DNA of 64,000 nt from an uncultured Bacilli bacterium (GCA_944373145.1 CALWAL010000001.1:64105-128104); one strand, 5' to 3'. Counted from the first letter of the stretch, positions 31,401 through 41,656 are shown. Notes: generated by a model from the sequence alone, not told the origin. Numbers and translations: made by a program.

Positions 31401-33007
31401 TTATTTTCTAATAAATCTTTACGAGTTTTAAATTCACTCTCCAAAAAAGATGAAACTTCTTTTATTTCTTCTGCATTCGTAGCAAAAAAGCGTAAACTTT
31501 TGTCATCATTAAAACAGTATGGTGAATACTTTAAATAGTTCCAACGCGATTGATTTTTTTCATTAGTTAAAATAACTATTTTTAGATCGCCACCACTATG
31601 AAGCGCTAAAAGTTGAACCATCAAACCATTAATATAATCGTTTTTACGATTAGCACTACAAATAAAGGCTGAAATTTTTTTATCGATCAAAGAAATATTA
31701 ATAGGAACATCGACTAATTTTTTATGACGATCGACAATTGTATAAACTCGTTTTAATAAATCATCATCATCTAAAGTAAACTTTTCCTTAGGTGCCACAA
31801 TATGCAATGGAGTGTTAACACTTCCTAATCCTAAGCGCAATTTCAAAAAATCATCATCAGATATGTTCCTTCCCCAAAAATTACGATTATTAACAGAGTT
31901 TATAACGTTAACGCAACCATTAGCGGTTAAACTGTTATCGCGCATAATTTGGGCCTGTTTTTTCATAATCATTATAATTTTTTCTTCTTTTTCATCTAAA
32001 TAATCGTTGTATTTACGAATGCGAAGTTCTTCTCTTTCTGCTCTTTTCTTTTTATGGTAAGCTGATGCCATTTTAGGAATAATTAAACTTCCAACAATCA
32101 TTGCAATACATAAGACAATTTGCGGCAAAGCCGACATGATGGTTCTTGTCCCTGTCATCAATCCGTAACCAACATTATATCCCATAACAAGTGAAGAGGC
32201 TCCCATCGTAATACTACTACCGATTGTCAACCAAAACGGTGTATCTTCTTCTTTTTCGGAAGCTGGTGGAGCATCTATTTCCAATTCTTCTTCTTCAACT
32301 ACTTCTCTAATTCTTGGTGTATGAAAAAAATAATCATCGTCGTCATATAAATCCATTGATTGCTGTTCATCACTAACTGGAGTATATTCTTGATTAGTTT
32401 GAGCAGGTTGATAAGTATAAGCATTCAAGCCTGCCACTGTTACCAATTTATTTGGATTATTAATTTGAATAAAATGTTGCATCCAAACAATTTTTAAACC
32501 TTTAATAAAAATTGTATCTCCGGCATGTAAAACTGCTTTTGTAACGCGATTGCCATTTAAATAAGTAGCATCATTAGCGTTTATAAACCAATTTTGACCT
32601 TCATATGTAATAAGTGCATGACTAGATGCAATGTTATTATTATGGTAACAAATATTGCAATTATTTTCTTTACCTATTAAAAGTTGTTTTAGGCCTTTAA
32701 ATTCTAATTTATAAGTTTCAACCTCAACAGTAGGTAGTGCATATAATACAATATTTTCTTGGCTAGAAACAACTTTCAAGTCATAAGAACCATAATCAAT
32801 TAAAGATGCTTCGTCCGAAAATGTAGAATTGTTTACAACATCAACACTACCATTGCTTTTAATTTTCCACTTACCTTGATCAGCTTCAAACGATAAAATA
32901 CAATCTTTACCCTTGCTCGTTTTATGGTTAACAACGAAAGAATCTTCAATCTTTGAAGGCAATTCATATTTAAATATTTTATCTTCTTCAACTAAAAATA
33001 TTCGCAT
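28391..33007 (-). CDS. essC: Type VII secretion FtsK/SpoIIIE-family ATPase EssC.
   Basis: About 1538 aa. N-terminal tandem FHA-like region. TM segments (ITMGASSLVMGY..., IVLCIAMIVGSLIIP). Three P-loop domains (GSTGSGKSE; GQPGAGKEN; a third degenerate). Start set at the ATG with 8-nt spacing from AGGAG. Confidence 0.88.
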   Translation of the reverse strand: MRIFLVEEDKIFKYELPSKIEDSFVVNHKTSKGKDCILSFEADQGKWKIKSNGSVDVVNNSTFSDEASLIDYGSYDLKVVSSQENIVLYALPTVEVETYKLEFKGLKQLLIGKENNCNICYHNNNIASSHALITYEGQNWFINANDATYLNGNRVTKAVLHAGDTIFIKGLKIVWMQHFIQINNPNKLVTVAGLNAYTYQPAQTNQEYTPVSDEQQSMDLYDDDDYFFHTPRIREVVEEEELEIDAPPASEKEEDTPFWLTIGSSITMGASSLVMGYNVGYGLMTGTRTIMSALPQIVLCIAMIVGSLIIPKMASAYHKKKRAEREELRIRKYNDYLDEKEEKIIMIMKKQAQIMRDNSLTANGCVNVINSVNNRNFWGRNISDDDFLKLRLGLGSVNTPLHIVAPKEKFTLDDDDLLKRVYTIVDRHKKLVDVPINISLIDKKISAFICSANRKNDYINGLMVQLLALHSGGDLKIVILTNEKNQSRWNYLKYSPYCFNDDKSLRFFATNAEEIKEVSSFLESEFKTRKDLLENKVKDKSEAEDIKKTDEYKNFLPYYLIICDDYKSSDEAPIISNILKYADTNYGFSIAIFSSTMKNLPAKCESFIEIGDNEGCILESNINSSNQIVFKTEYLDNADMEYLCQKVNNIPLLSKEGISVLPNSISFLEMLNVSKIEQLNVLNRWQTNNPVNSLNTTIGVHASGEQFKLNLHEKFHGPHGLIAGSTGSGKSEFIITYILSMCVNYHPYEVQFVLIDYKGGGLAGAFENKELGVRIPHLAGTITNLDTASMNRTLVSIESELKRRQRIFNETRDVLGESTIDIYKYQRLYREGQVKEPMAHLFIISDEFAELKSQQPEFMQQLIQTARIGRSLGVHLILATQKPSGVVNDQIWSNSKFKVCLKVQDRADSMEMLKRPEAASIKETGRFYLQVGYDDYFAKGQSGWAGAKYVPSDRVIKKIDDSIDFIDNVGNVTKSIKDLIKIETDNTNYGDQLTNIVKYIYNLGKKENLKTSTLWLDPIPEEIFVDEIKKKYHYKPTPYHINPVIGEYDNPSQQEQGILTLDLMNGNAIIWGQPGAGKENLVQTILWSASLEHTPDEINFYVIDCGSEALKTFNKMPHIGEIATTEEQDKILGILMMIDEEIERRKELMADYGGSYKEYIENSGNKLPLIVTIINNYEIFSENYARVAESIQTFYRDGNKYGISFIITSISTSTVKLRMLQNFSHKLCLQIPNETEYRNLVGAIKGQLPTKYFGRGLVAKDSKAYEFQTALITTKKEINNLVRDTAKKLSQAYNVRAKKIPMVPEVVYFSSVKDNLNDLTNVPIGYAVESKTPYAYDLTASKFIPILFNKFDDNKFSFLSTFIKMVSLIDNLKINVIDFAAILSKRIDNVNYIQNNYDSEIIKLNNDIIKAKDKEVRTLNIFIGISEMKVKLSANGRVVLNSLFNNSSVINNSYYVFFDSYSAYKILQTEPWYQTNIDTAYGIWLDEGVATQLAINTSTITAEDGKTNFPYMGFAISRGKHTTIRYMVEDVEEGNDEK

Positions 33008-33118
33008 ACACACAACTCCTACTATTCTTCTATTATATATAACATATTATATCGAACTTTTTGGACTTTTACAATACATTATTCTTGCGGCAAAAACTAT
33101 TTAATGATATAGTAATTA

Positions 33119-33868
33119 TTGTTAGTTGAACTAACAATTAAGGAGGATTTTATGTTAGAACTTATTGATATTTGTTTTGAGAAAGATAACAAAAAAATAT
33201 TAAATAATATTAACTTAAAAATAGATGATAAAAGTTTTATAGCTATTACCGGCCCTAATGGTTCTGGTAAAAGTACTTTAGCCAAAATTATTATGGGCAT
33301 TGAAAAACCAAATAGTGGCAAAATTCTTTTTAATGGTACCGACATTACAAATTTAAATATTGACGAACGCGCTAATTTAGGTATATCATTCGCTTTCCAA
33401 CAGCCAGTTAGATTTAAAGGAATTACTATTTACGATATTTTAAAGTTAGCATCACACAATAAAAAACTAACTAAGCAAGAAGCTTGTCATGTTTTAAGGA
33501 AAGTTGGAATATGTGCTGAAGAGTATTTAAATCGAGAATTAAATAGTTCTCTTTCTGGAGGGGAACTAAAAAGAATTGAGATTGCTACCGTTTTATTACG
33601 CCAATCAAAATTAAATATTTTTGATGAACCAGAAGCTGGAATTGATTTATGGAGTTTCAATAATTTAATTAATATTTTTCAGAAAATGCATAATGATAAT
33701 CAAGCTTCATTGATTATTACCCATCAAGAACGCATTTTAAATATTGCTGATAAAATCATCTTAATTAAAAATGGTAAAATTGATTATTTTGGGTCAAAAA
33801 AAGCAATCATCGAAAATATATGTGCTAACTGTCCTAACGAAGGAGGCTGTGATTATGAATGTTGCTGA
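33119..33868 (+). CDS. sufC: SufC-like Fe-S cluster assembly ABC ATPase.
   Basis: GPNGSGKSTL Walker A. LSGGELKR signature. Walker B IFDEPEAGID. AGGAGG RBS. Confidence 0.8.
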   Translation: MLVELTIKEDFMLELIDICFEKDNKKILNNINLKIDDKSFIAITGPNGSGKSTLAKIIMGIEKPNSGKILFNGTDITNLNIDERANLGISFAFQQPVRFKGITIYDILKLASHNKKLTKQEACHVLRKVGICAEEYLNRELNSSLSGGELKRIEIATVLLRQSKLNIFDEPEAGIDLWSFNNLINIFQKMHNDNQASLIITHQERILNIADKIILIKNGKIDYFGSKKAIIENICANCPNEGGCDYECC

Positions 33869-34772
33869 TCAAGAATTAATTAAAAATGTAAGTCCATTAG
33901 AACTAAATAAAAGCAATGCATATAATATTCGCAAAAACGGTAAATCAATTGTTCGTAATATTACCGATGATGTTTCAATCATCTCTAAAGAAGATGGAAG
34001 TGGCATTGATATTTATATTAAAGAAAACACCAAAAACGCTTTAGTTTTTATACCCGTTATTGTCACTAAAAGTGGGCTTCATGATAAAGTTTATAACGAT
34101 TTTCATATAGGTAAAAATGCTAAAGCTACTATCATGGCTGGTTGTGCAATAAGGAACAATCAAAATTTAGATGCAAGTCACAACGGCATCCACCGTTTCT
34201 ATTTAGATGAAGGTGCAAAAATTAAATATATTGAGAAGCATTATGCTGAAGGTCATGGTCGAGGTCATAAAAATCTTGATCCAGTTACTGAACTTTATTT
34301 AGGAAAAAACGCTTCGTTAGAAATGGATACTGTTCAAATATCTGGAGTTGATTCTTCAACAAGAGTTACTAAAGGAACACTAGGAGATGGAGCTACTCTC
34401 CTAATATCTGAAAAAATTATGACTGAAAATAAGCAACAAGCTACTACTAAATTTGATATTAATTTAGATGGAAAAGACGCAAGCTGCCATGTTGTTTCAA
34501 GATCAGTTGCAAAAGATAATTCTGACCAACTATTTATTTCAAAAATAAATGGTAATAATAAATGTTATGGTCATGTTGAATGCGATGCAATTTTACAAGA
34601 TAACGGTCATGTTCAAGCGATACCTGAAGTTGATGCTAAAAATATTGATGCTAGACTAATTCATGAAGCTAGTATTGGTAAAATTGCCGGTGAGCAACTA
34701 ATTAAGTTAATGTCACTTGGATTAAGTGCAACAGAAGCTGAAAATCAAATTATAAATGGTTTTTTAAAATAA
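33855..34772 (+). CDS. sufD: SufB/SufD-family Fe-S assembly protein (minimal SufBD).
   Basis: Beta-helix-type repeats typical of SufB/D. Start at ATG 33855 with AGGAGG, overlapping the sufC end. Confidence 0.65.
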   Translation: MNVADQELIKNVSPLELNKSNAYNIRKNGKSIVRNITDDVSIISKEDGSGIDIYIKENTKNALVFIPVIVTKSGLHDKVYNDFHIGKNAKATIMAGCAIRNNQNLDASHNGIHRFYLDEGAKIKYIEKHYAEGHGRGHKNLDPVTELYLGKNASLEMDTVQISGVDSSTRVTKGTLGDGATLLISEKIMTENKQQATTKFDINLDGKDASCHVVSRSVAKDNSDQLFISKINGNNKCYGHVECDAILQDNGHVQAIPEVDAKNIDARLIHEASIGKIAGEQLIKLMSLGLSATEAENQIINGFLK

Positions 34773-34784
34773 GAACTTGTCAAA

Positions 34785-34819
34785 TGAAAAAACGTGAATT
34801 TAATCACGTTTTTCTTTTT
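34785..34819. terminator. Bidirectional terminator between sufD (+) and the P-type ATPase (-).
   Basis: AACGTGA-ATTTAA-TCACGTT hairpin flanked by A and T runs. Confidence 0.6.
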
Positions 34820-37454
34820 TACTACTAATAACTTTATACAATTCAATAATTAATAAAATTGGTAATGAACAAGCTCCTAAAATAAATAAATGTGAAACCG
34901 GAATACTTGTTGTTTCCATAAATTCAGATAACATTGGAACTTCCATAATAATTATTTGTAAAATAATTGCTAAAACAATACTAAAAATAATTAAAGGATT
35001 ATTCCATTTCATTTTAAAGACACTAATTTTTTCACTACGGCAATTTAAAGCATGAATATTTTGCATAAACACCATTAAAGCCATAACATAACCACGTGCT
35101 GATGATACATCCATGTTAATCCATTTAATCAAATATACCCAAACGCCAAATACAATTAAACCAATAGCAAATCCTGCAATTAAAACTTCTTCTACCAATT
35201 TGCGATCAAATAACGAACTTTTTGGATTTCTTGGTTTTTCTTTCATAATATTAGGTTCTTTTTTTTCAAACGAAAGAGCCAAATCTTGAAATCCATCTGT
35301 AACAATGTTTAACCACAAAAGTTGGATTGCTACAAGCGGCATATCTAAACCAAATATAATTGATAAAACGAAAAATAAAACTTCAGCCATTCCACATGAT
35401 ATCAATAGATAAGTTACCTTACGAATATTATTATAAGCACACCGTCCCTCTTCAACACCTGCAACAATAGAATCAAAATTATCGTCAGTAATAATCATCG
35501 TACCAGTTTCTTTAGCAACGTCAGTACCACTTCCCATTGCCACACCAATATTGGCCACTTTCAAAGCTGGTGCATCATTAACACCATCACCAGTTACAGC
35601 CACAAATTCACCCATACGTTTGTATGAATTCACAATTTCTAATTTTTGCAAAGGTGTAACACGTGTAAACACCGTTTTACTTTTAATATATTCATCTAGT
35701 TCTTTTTCACCTTTAGTAATATATTCATCTAGTTCTGTACTGGTAGCTACCATATCATAGCAATCAGCAATATTTAATTCTTGTGCAATTGAATATGCTG
35801 TTAGAGGATGATCACCCGTAATCATAACTACTTTAATTCCAGCCGCTTCAACTTGTTTAATCGCTTCTTTTGCTTCTTTACGAATTGGATCAATAAAAGC
35901 TACCAACCCACAAAAAATTAATTGAGGAATATCGTCAACTGTATAATAATCTTTTAGTTCAAAAAATTGATTTGGACCACAAGCCAAGGCAATAACCCGG
36001 TATCCTAATGCTGCTATCTCTTCATTTTGCTTTAATATTTGCTCATGATTCAAAGGAATAATCTCACCATCGACAACCATTCGATTACAAAAATTTAAAA
36101 TTGTATCGACACTTCCCTTAACTGTAACAAAATCATGATCTTTTTCATGATAAAAAACCGCCGAGTATTTATTTTCTGATTCATAAGGAATCGATCCTGT
36201 TATTTTAATATGAGAAATATCAGTATTTGCTTTATAACCTAAAGCTAGAAAAGCTACATCAATAGAATCACCATAGTGTATCCATTTTTCACCTTCTAAT
36301 TCTAAATGTGCCTCATTATTTAAAACCCCCAATTTGGCAATTATGGCTGCACTCGCATCGAACCCTTCAATCTCACCATCATCATTATACCCTGTACCTG
36401 TAACATGATAAATCTTACCAGATGGTACTATAATACGTTTAGCTGTTTGCTCATTAACTGTTAACGTACCAGTTTTATCACTTGCTATAACAGTACAACT
36501 ACCTAATGATTCAACTGCACTCATTTTTTTTACAATAATATCGCGTTTAGACATCCGGTTACTTCCGATCGTTAAAGCCATAGTAAGGGCTAAAGGAAGC
36601 CCTTCAGGCATAGCTGATACAGCTAAAGCAATAACTGATAAAAATATTTCTTCATAAGGATAATTTTTCAAAAATAATAAAATAATTAAGAAAAATGCTA
36701 AAATTATTATCATTAATGATATTTGTTTTGAAAATTTATCAACTCTAATCGTTAACGGGCTTTTTGCATCATCAGCCTTTGTAACTTCATTAGCAATTTT
36801 TCCAATTTCTGTATTAAGTCCTGTTCCAACGACAATCCCACAAGCACGTCCAGTAATTACTGTTGTCCCAGCAAAGGCCATATTTTTCATGTTACCAATT
36901 GGAATATTAGAATCTAAAACGGATATATGTTTAACACTTGCTACACTTTCACCTGTTAAAGCACTTTCGTCAACCGTTAAATTAGTCGTGCTAAGAAGAC
37001 GCATATCGGCTGGAATTTTACTACCAGAATTTAGTAAAACAATATCTCCCGGAACTAAATCTTTAGCATCGACTTCAACTTGTTTTCCATCGCGAATAAC
37101 CGTTGATATCGTTTTAATCATTTGCTTTAAACTATCAGCATTTTTATGAGCATTCCATTCTTGAATAGTTCCCATAACAGCATCAATTAAAATAATAAAT
37201 AAAATAACTAAAGCATCAACTAACTCTCCAACTAAAAAAGAAAAAAAAGCAGCAAATAGCATAACAATAATAATTGAATCTTTAAATTGAGTAAAAAATA
37301 ATTTTAAAAAGCTATCTTGTTTCTTTTGCGGCAATTCATTTTTTCCATATTGGTTTAAACGTTTATTAGCCTCATTACTAGTAAGACCATCATCAATAGA
37401 TACTTCAAATTTTACTAAAATATCTTCTATTTCTTCACTATGCCAATTACTCAT
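34800..37454 (-). CDS. P-type cation-transporting ATPase, Ca2+ (type IIA/IIB-like).
   Basis: DKTGTLT phosphorylation site. TGDGVNDAPAL hinge. About 10 TM segments. 884 aa. Confidence 0.9.
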   Translation of the reverse strand: MSNWHSEEIEDILVKFEVSIDDGLTSNEANKRLNQYGKNELPQKKQDSFLKLFFTQFKDSIIIVMLFAAFFSFLVGELVDALVILFIILIDAVMGTIQEWNAHKNADSLKQMIKTISTVIRDGKQVEVDAKDLVPGDIVLLNSGSKIPADMRLLSTTNLTVDESALTGESVASVKHISVLDSNIPIGNMKNMAFAGTTVITGRACGIVVGTGLNTEIGKIANEVTKADDAKSPLTIRVDKFSKQISLMIIILAFFLIILLFLKNYPYEEIFLSVIALAVSAMPEGLPLALTMALTIGSNRMSKRDIIVKKMSAVESLGSCTVIASDKTGTLTVNEQTAKRIIVPSGKIYHVTGTGYNDDGEIEGFDASAAIIAKLGVLNNEAHLELEGEKWIHYGDSIDVAFLALGYKANTDISHIKITGSIPYESENKYSAVFYHEKDHDFVTVKGSVDTILNFCNRMVVDGEIIPLNHEQILKQNEEIAALGYRVIALACGPNQFFELKDYYTVDDIPQLIFCGLVAFIDPIRKEAKEAIKQVEAAGIKVVMITGDHPLTAYSIAQELNIADCYDMVATSTELDEYITKGEKELDEYIKSKTVFTRVTPLQKLEIVNSYKRMGEFVAVTGDGVNDAPALKVANIGVAMGSGTDVAKETGTMIITDDNFDSIVAGVEEGRCAYNNIRKVTYLLISCGMAEVLFFVLSIIFGLDMPLVAIQLLWLNIVTDGFQDLALSFEKKEPNIMKEKPRNPKSSLFDRKLVEEVLIAGFAIGLIVFGVWVYLIKWINMDVSSARGYVMALMVFMQNIHALNCRSEKISVFKMKWNNPLIIFSIVLAIILQIIIMEVPMLSEFMETTSIPVSHLFILGACSLPILLIIELYKVISSKKEKRD

Positions 37455-37535
37455 AAATTCTAAGCTCCTATCATAATAGACATTATACTATAAGCTTCTT
37501 TTTATTTCAATTAAAAAAGGAATTATCCGAAACTT

Positions 37536-38333
37536 CTAAATAATTCCTTCATCATGCATTTTATTAAGTGCTAAAGCAATACCATCTTCATTATTACTTG
37601 TTGTTACCAAATCGGCCTCTTTTTTCAAAGCATCAATACCATTTCCCATTGCCACCTTATAACCAACATAATTAAACATATCTAAATCATTTTCATTATC
37701 ACCAAAAGCTATCATTTCTTTTGGGCTAATATTTAATTTGTGGCTTAAACACTCTAATCCTTTGGTTTTAGAATTGCCTAAAGGGATAAATTCAATATTA
37801 TGAATATTGCTAGATGTTATTTCTACCTTAATATCTAATTTTTCTAAATCTTCTTTTGCTTTTCCCACTTCCATAGAATCGCCATGAATAATAATCTTAT
37901 GAACAGTTAAATCAGTTAACAAAAGTTTAGTAAAATCCGCAACATAATATGGTGTATCAGGATTAAATTCAATATAGTTATCACAATATTCATTAGCAAT
38001 AATTCTATCCTCTTCATAAATAAAAGTATACAAATCATATTTACGTCCAAAATCAACAATTTGTTGAACAACAGAAGTAGGCAAAATATCTTTATGAAGA
38101 ACATATCCATTATTTTCTAAAATTAAACCACCATTAAACGATATTGTATAGCATTTATCATGCAATAAATTCAATTCTTCTAAATATTTTTTTACTTTGA
38201 AAAAAGGTTTTGATGTTGTTAAAACAATTTGAATATTTTTAAGATTTTTAAGTGAAATTAATGTTTTAGGGCTGATTTCTTTATGATCATTTAATAATGT
38301 CCCATCACAGTCTAACGCTATTAACTTATACAT
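37536..38333 (-). CDS. Cof-type HAD-IIB family hydrolase.
   Basis: ALDCDGTLL N-terminal motif. GDNENDLDMF C-terminal motif. Confidence 0.8.
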   Translation of the reverse strand: MYKLIALDCDGTLLNDHKEISPKTLISLKNLKNIQIVLTTSKPFFKVKKYLEELNLLHDKCYTISFNGGLILENNGYVLHKDILPTSVVQQIVDFGRKYDLYTFIYEEDRIIANEYCDNYIEFNPDTPYYVADFTKLLLTDLTVHKIIIHGDSMEVGKAKEDLEKLDIKVEITSSNIHNIEFIPLGNSKTKGLECLSHKLNISPKEMIAFGDNENDLDMFNYVGYKVAMGNGIDALKKEADLVTTSNNEDGIALALNKMHDEGII

Positions 38334-38334
38334 A

Positions 38335-39000
38335 TTATTCAGCTACCCAAACACAATATAAGTTCTCTGTTAATTCAATATCTTCTGGTGTAAAAATATT
38401 AGTGATAACTTCACTAGTACTTCCACGACCAACTGCTCTTTTTTCATATAACATATCGCCATTAAAACTACTACGTGAAATATAACTTGTTGTAATTGGT
38501 TTAAAATCAACTTTAAGGCAATCTTGTAAAGTTTTACCAGCGGCTAAAGCAATCATTTCTGCTTGTTCTTTAGCATCTTTATAAGCTAGTCCTAACATAT
38601 TTTTACGACATTCACGCTCATTTTTAATGCCAAAATTAACATACGCTTTAGGTGGGGTAGCTAATTTTGATAATTCTTCAAATATGTGTGCTAATAAAGA
38701 TGCATTATAATCAAATTTCAACATTGCCCCTTGACTATAAATATATCCATCAAAATCATATCTGCGAGTAGCTTCATTGTATTTACGGTCTTCCCTAATA
38801 GTAAAACTTCTAGTTTTTAAATCTTCTTTAGCAAAGCCATTTTTCAAAATAAGATTTTGAATAAAATCTTCGACATTTTTTACTCCTAGTTCTAAAACTT
38901 CTTCATAACTATTGCCTTTCATAATAAAATCAAAATTGATAATTACTTGATCTGGTTTCAAATATGAAATTGCTTTACCTTCAACTATAATTTCCATCAT
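38335..39000 (-). CDS. Hypothetical protein, possibly SIMPL/DUF541-like.
   Basis: 221-aa ORF. Weak resemblance only. Confidence 0.3.
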   Translation of the reverse strand: MMEIIVEGKAISYLKPDQVIINFDFIMKGNSYEEVLELGVKNVEDFIQNLILKNGFAKEDLKTRSFTIREDRKYNEATRRYDFDGYIYSQGAMLKFDYNASLLAHIFEELSKLATPPKAYVNFGIKNERECRKNMLGLAYKDAKEQAEMIALAAGKTLQDCLKVDFKPITTSYISRSSFNGDMLYEKRAVGRGSTSEVITNIFTPEDIELTENLYCVWVAE

Positions 39001-39133
39001 ATCACCTCTATTAAAAGTATATCACAAATATTTTCATAAAAATCAAAAAACAAAAAAATGTCATAATTTAGACATTTTTGTTTAAATATGTAAAATATTT
39101 AAAAGTTATGCACATAGTTGTGTAAAACTCATG

Positions 39134-40291
39134 TTAATTTGCAAATAATACTTTTTCTGACTTATACTGTTTAATAATAACTGTCAAAACGATTACTATT
39201 ACAATTATTGATGAAATAACCATTAATGATAAGTGTAAAATATTTACACTACCAGCTAAAATATCTTCAAATAATAATGTAAAGTTCAAAAATGGTATCA
39301 ATGAAAGTAGCGCAGATGATTCAATATCAATCATAAAAGCAATCATACTTGGAAAAAAAGAAATAAATGTTAATGGTGTTAGTGCGCTTTGAGCTTCTTT
39401 AAAAGTTTTACACTTACTTGCAATCGCAATACATAAACCACTAATTAAGAGCGAATATGAAATAATAGCTACCAAAGAAAAGATAATTCCACTAGTAGGT
39501 AACATCAAATCAACACCTTTATAAATTTCAAATATATCATTAACAAGTGCTAATGAAACAATCATTAAAATTAAGCTTATAATACCTGTAATTATTGAAG
39601 ATAATGATACGCTTAAATATTTTCCAATAATAATTTCTTGACTTTTGATTGGAAAAGTTAATAGTGTTTCTAGTGTTCCTCTTTCTTTTTCTCCGGCTGT
39701 TGTATCAGTTGATGGATAAGTAGCTGATATTGTTATTGCCATAATAATAAATAAGAAAGCGTAAGTGGTAATATAGCTAGCATAAAAATTATCTTTTTCA
39801 GTTAAATTTTTTTCAATCGTAATAATATCTAGAACTTCACTACTATCTACATTATTATTTTCCAAATAATCAGCTTGTAATGCTTCCTTATAAGCTGTAA
39901 AATACGTTTCAACTAGACTAGAAGCATAACTACTAGTTTCATTAGCTTCACCATTTAAAATATATTTATTATCTTCTTTTGTAACATATAAATCAACTAA
40001 ACCGTCACGATAATCATTTATTAACTCATCCTCGCTCATCTCTACGACATCAATATTCATCAAAGAGGCCAAATCTTTTTCTTCATCACTTAGTTCATAG
40101 CTAAAGCCAATTTTATTATAAGAAGTCACTGGCATATTAATTTGTGATTCAAATAAAGCAGACATTCCAAAAATTAGCAACGGAATCATAATAGGAATAA
40201 TTAACATCATTGCTAAAGACTTCGTATCACGAAACATCTCACGCAATTCTTTTTTTAGGATATTTTTAAGATTATTCACCTTTAGCACCAC
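39134..40291 (-). CDS. ABC-2 type transporter permease (NatB-like).
   Basis: N-terminal TM, large extracytoplasmic loop, then 5 C-terminal TMs. Overlaps the upstream ATPase gene. Confidence 0.7.
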   Translation of the reverse strand: MVLKVNNLKNILKKELREMFRDTKSLAMMLIIPIMIPLLIFGMSALFESQINMPVTSYNKIGFSYELSDEEKDLASLMNIDVVEMSEDELINDYRDGLVDLYVTKEDNKYILNGEANETSSYASSLVETYFTAYKEALQADYLENNNVDSSEVLDIITIEKNLTEKDNFYASYITTYAFLFIIMAITISATYPSTDTTAGEKERGTLETLLTFPIKSQEIIIGKYLSVSLSSIITGIISLILMIVSLALVNDIFEIYKGVDLMLPTSGIIFSLVAIISYSLLISGLCIAIASKCKTFKEAQSALTPLTFISFFPSMIAFMIDIESSALLSLIPFLNFTLLFEDILAGSVNILHLSLMVISSIIVIVIVLTVIIKQYKSEKVLFAN

Positions 40292-41027
40292 CTATCAAAG
40301 CAAAAAAAGCATCTCTTAAATTAGTTGTCTTAGTATATTTTCTAATTTCTTCAGGAGTTCCTGTTTTAATAATAACACCTTTATTAATCATAATTACTCT
40401 ATCGCAAATATTTTCAGCTTCTTCCATATAATGCGTTGAATATAAAACAATTTTTCCACGATTACGTTCTTTTTTTATAAAATCTAAAATAATTTGACTT
40501 GAAATGATGTCTAACCCACTCGTTGCTTCATCAAAAATATAATACTTAGGATCATGAATTAAGCATCGCGCAATATTAACTCTTTGAGTTTGCCCTGTTG
40601 ATAAATTCTCAATACGATTGTATAAAAAACTTTCCATTTCTAAAGAATTGGATATTTCTTTAATTCTTTTTTCGGCTTCTACTTTTGAAACATTATATAT
40701 ATCGCAACACATTTTTAATAATTCATAAGCTGATATTGTTTTATATACTTTAGTATTACCAGATAAATAAGCTAAATTTGATTTAATAGTTAACTCATTT
40801 TGTTTGTAATTCATACCATCAAAATCGATAAAACCTTCTGTCGGTTCTAAAATACCAGCAATCATACGAAGTAATGTCGTTTTTCCAGCTCCATTTGGAC
40901 CTAAAATGCCTAATATTTCACCTTCATGAGCTTCAAAACTAATACCATCATTAGCAAAGAATTCTTTCTTTTGACCTTTTTCTTGATATTTTATAAATTT
41001 CTTTTTAACATTGTATACTTTTAACAT
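40272..41027 (-). CDS. ABC transporter ATP-binding protein (NatA-like).
   Basis: GPNGAGKTT, LSTGQTQR and IFDEATSGLD motifs. Confidence 0.85.
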   Translation of the reverse strand: MLKVYNVKKKFIKYQEKGQKKEFFANDGISFEAHEGEILGILGPNGAGKTTLLRMIAGILEPTEGFIDFDGMNYKQNELTIKSNLAYLSGNTKVYKTISAYELLKMCCDIYNVSKVEAEKRIKEISNSLEMESFLYNRIENLSTGQTQRVNIARCLIHDPKYYIFDEATSGLDIISSQIILDFIKKERNRGKIVLYSTHYMEEAENICDRVIMINKGVIIKTGTPEEIRKYTKTTNLRDAFFALIGGAKGE

Positions 41028-41111
41028 ATTTTTTCCTTTCTTACTTATTGAGATATTAATATTATAATAAATTTAAATATATTAAGCAATAAAAAAAGAC
41101 CATATGGTCTT

Positions 41112-41651
41112 TTAATAATTCATTGCTCTTCTTTCAAAATAAGCTTGTGGGTGAGCACATACTGGGCATACTTTTGGAGCTTCTTTACCAATCGCAATAT
41201 GTCCACAATTACGACATATCCAAATGGCATCTCCTTCACTAGAGAAAACTAATTTCTCATTAATATTGCTAAGTAACTTACGATATCTTTCTTCATGTTC
41301 TTTTTCAATTGCTGCAACGCCTCTAAATTTAGCAGCTATTGCTTTGAAGCCTTCTTCTTCAGCTACTCTAGCAAATTCATCATACATATCAGTCCACTCG
41401 TAGTTTTCACCATCAGCGGCATCTTCTAAATTAACAGTTGTTGTTGGAATATCACCATCATGTAATTCTTTAAACCATAATTTAGCATGTTCTTTTTCAT
41501 TATTTGCAGTCTCTTCAAAAATCGCTGCAATTTGTTCGTACCCTTCTTTTTTAGCTTTTGAAGCATAATAAGTGTACTTATTTCTTGCTTGGGATTCACC
41601 AGCAAAAGCGGCCATTAAATTAGCTTCAGTTCTTGATCCTTTTAACTCCAT
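41112..41651 (-). CDS. rbr: Rubrerythrin with a C-terminal rubredoxin-like domain.
   Basis: ExxH di-iron motifs. C-terminal CRNCGH...CPVCAHP. Start at [12 protein letters not shown] with an AGGAGG RBS. Confidence 0.85.
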   Translation of the reverse strand: MELKGSRTEANLMAAFAGESQARNKYTYYASKAKKEGYEQIAAIFEETANNEKEHAKLWFKELHDGDIPTTTVNLEDAADGENYEWTDMYDEFARVAEEEGFKAIAAKFRGVAAIEKEHEERYRKLLSNINEKLVFSSEGDAIWICRNCGHIAIGKEAPKVCPVCAHPQAYFERRAMNY

Positions 41652-41656
41652 ATTAA

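Noticed and set aside
33097-33345. 82-aa minus-strand ORF overlapping the sufC start.
   Set aside because: It is antisense to a well-supported sufC gene, hydrophobic, low-complexity and lacks an RBS. Spurious.
37916-38110. 64-aa minus-strand ORF inside the Cof hydrolase gene, and the other antisense or internal ORFs in the track (for example 9001-9189, 10432-10635, 12607-12798, 13141-13362, 14270-14473, 15083-15265, 17538-17756, 20779-21078, 21379-21576, 22601-22804, 23013-23225, 26416-26622, 31812-32003, 35551-35760, 36889-37149, 47388-47573, 48618-48815, 57031-57234, 59484-59684, 60902-61177, 63118-63330).
   Set aside because: All are embedded in, or antisense to, long ORFs with strong family signatures. 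In an AT-rich genome such frames occur by chance.
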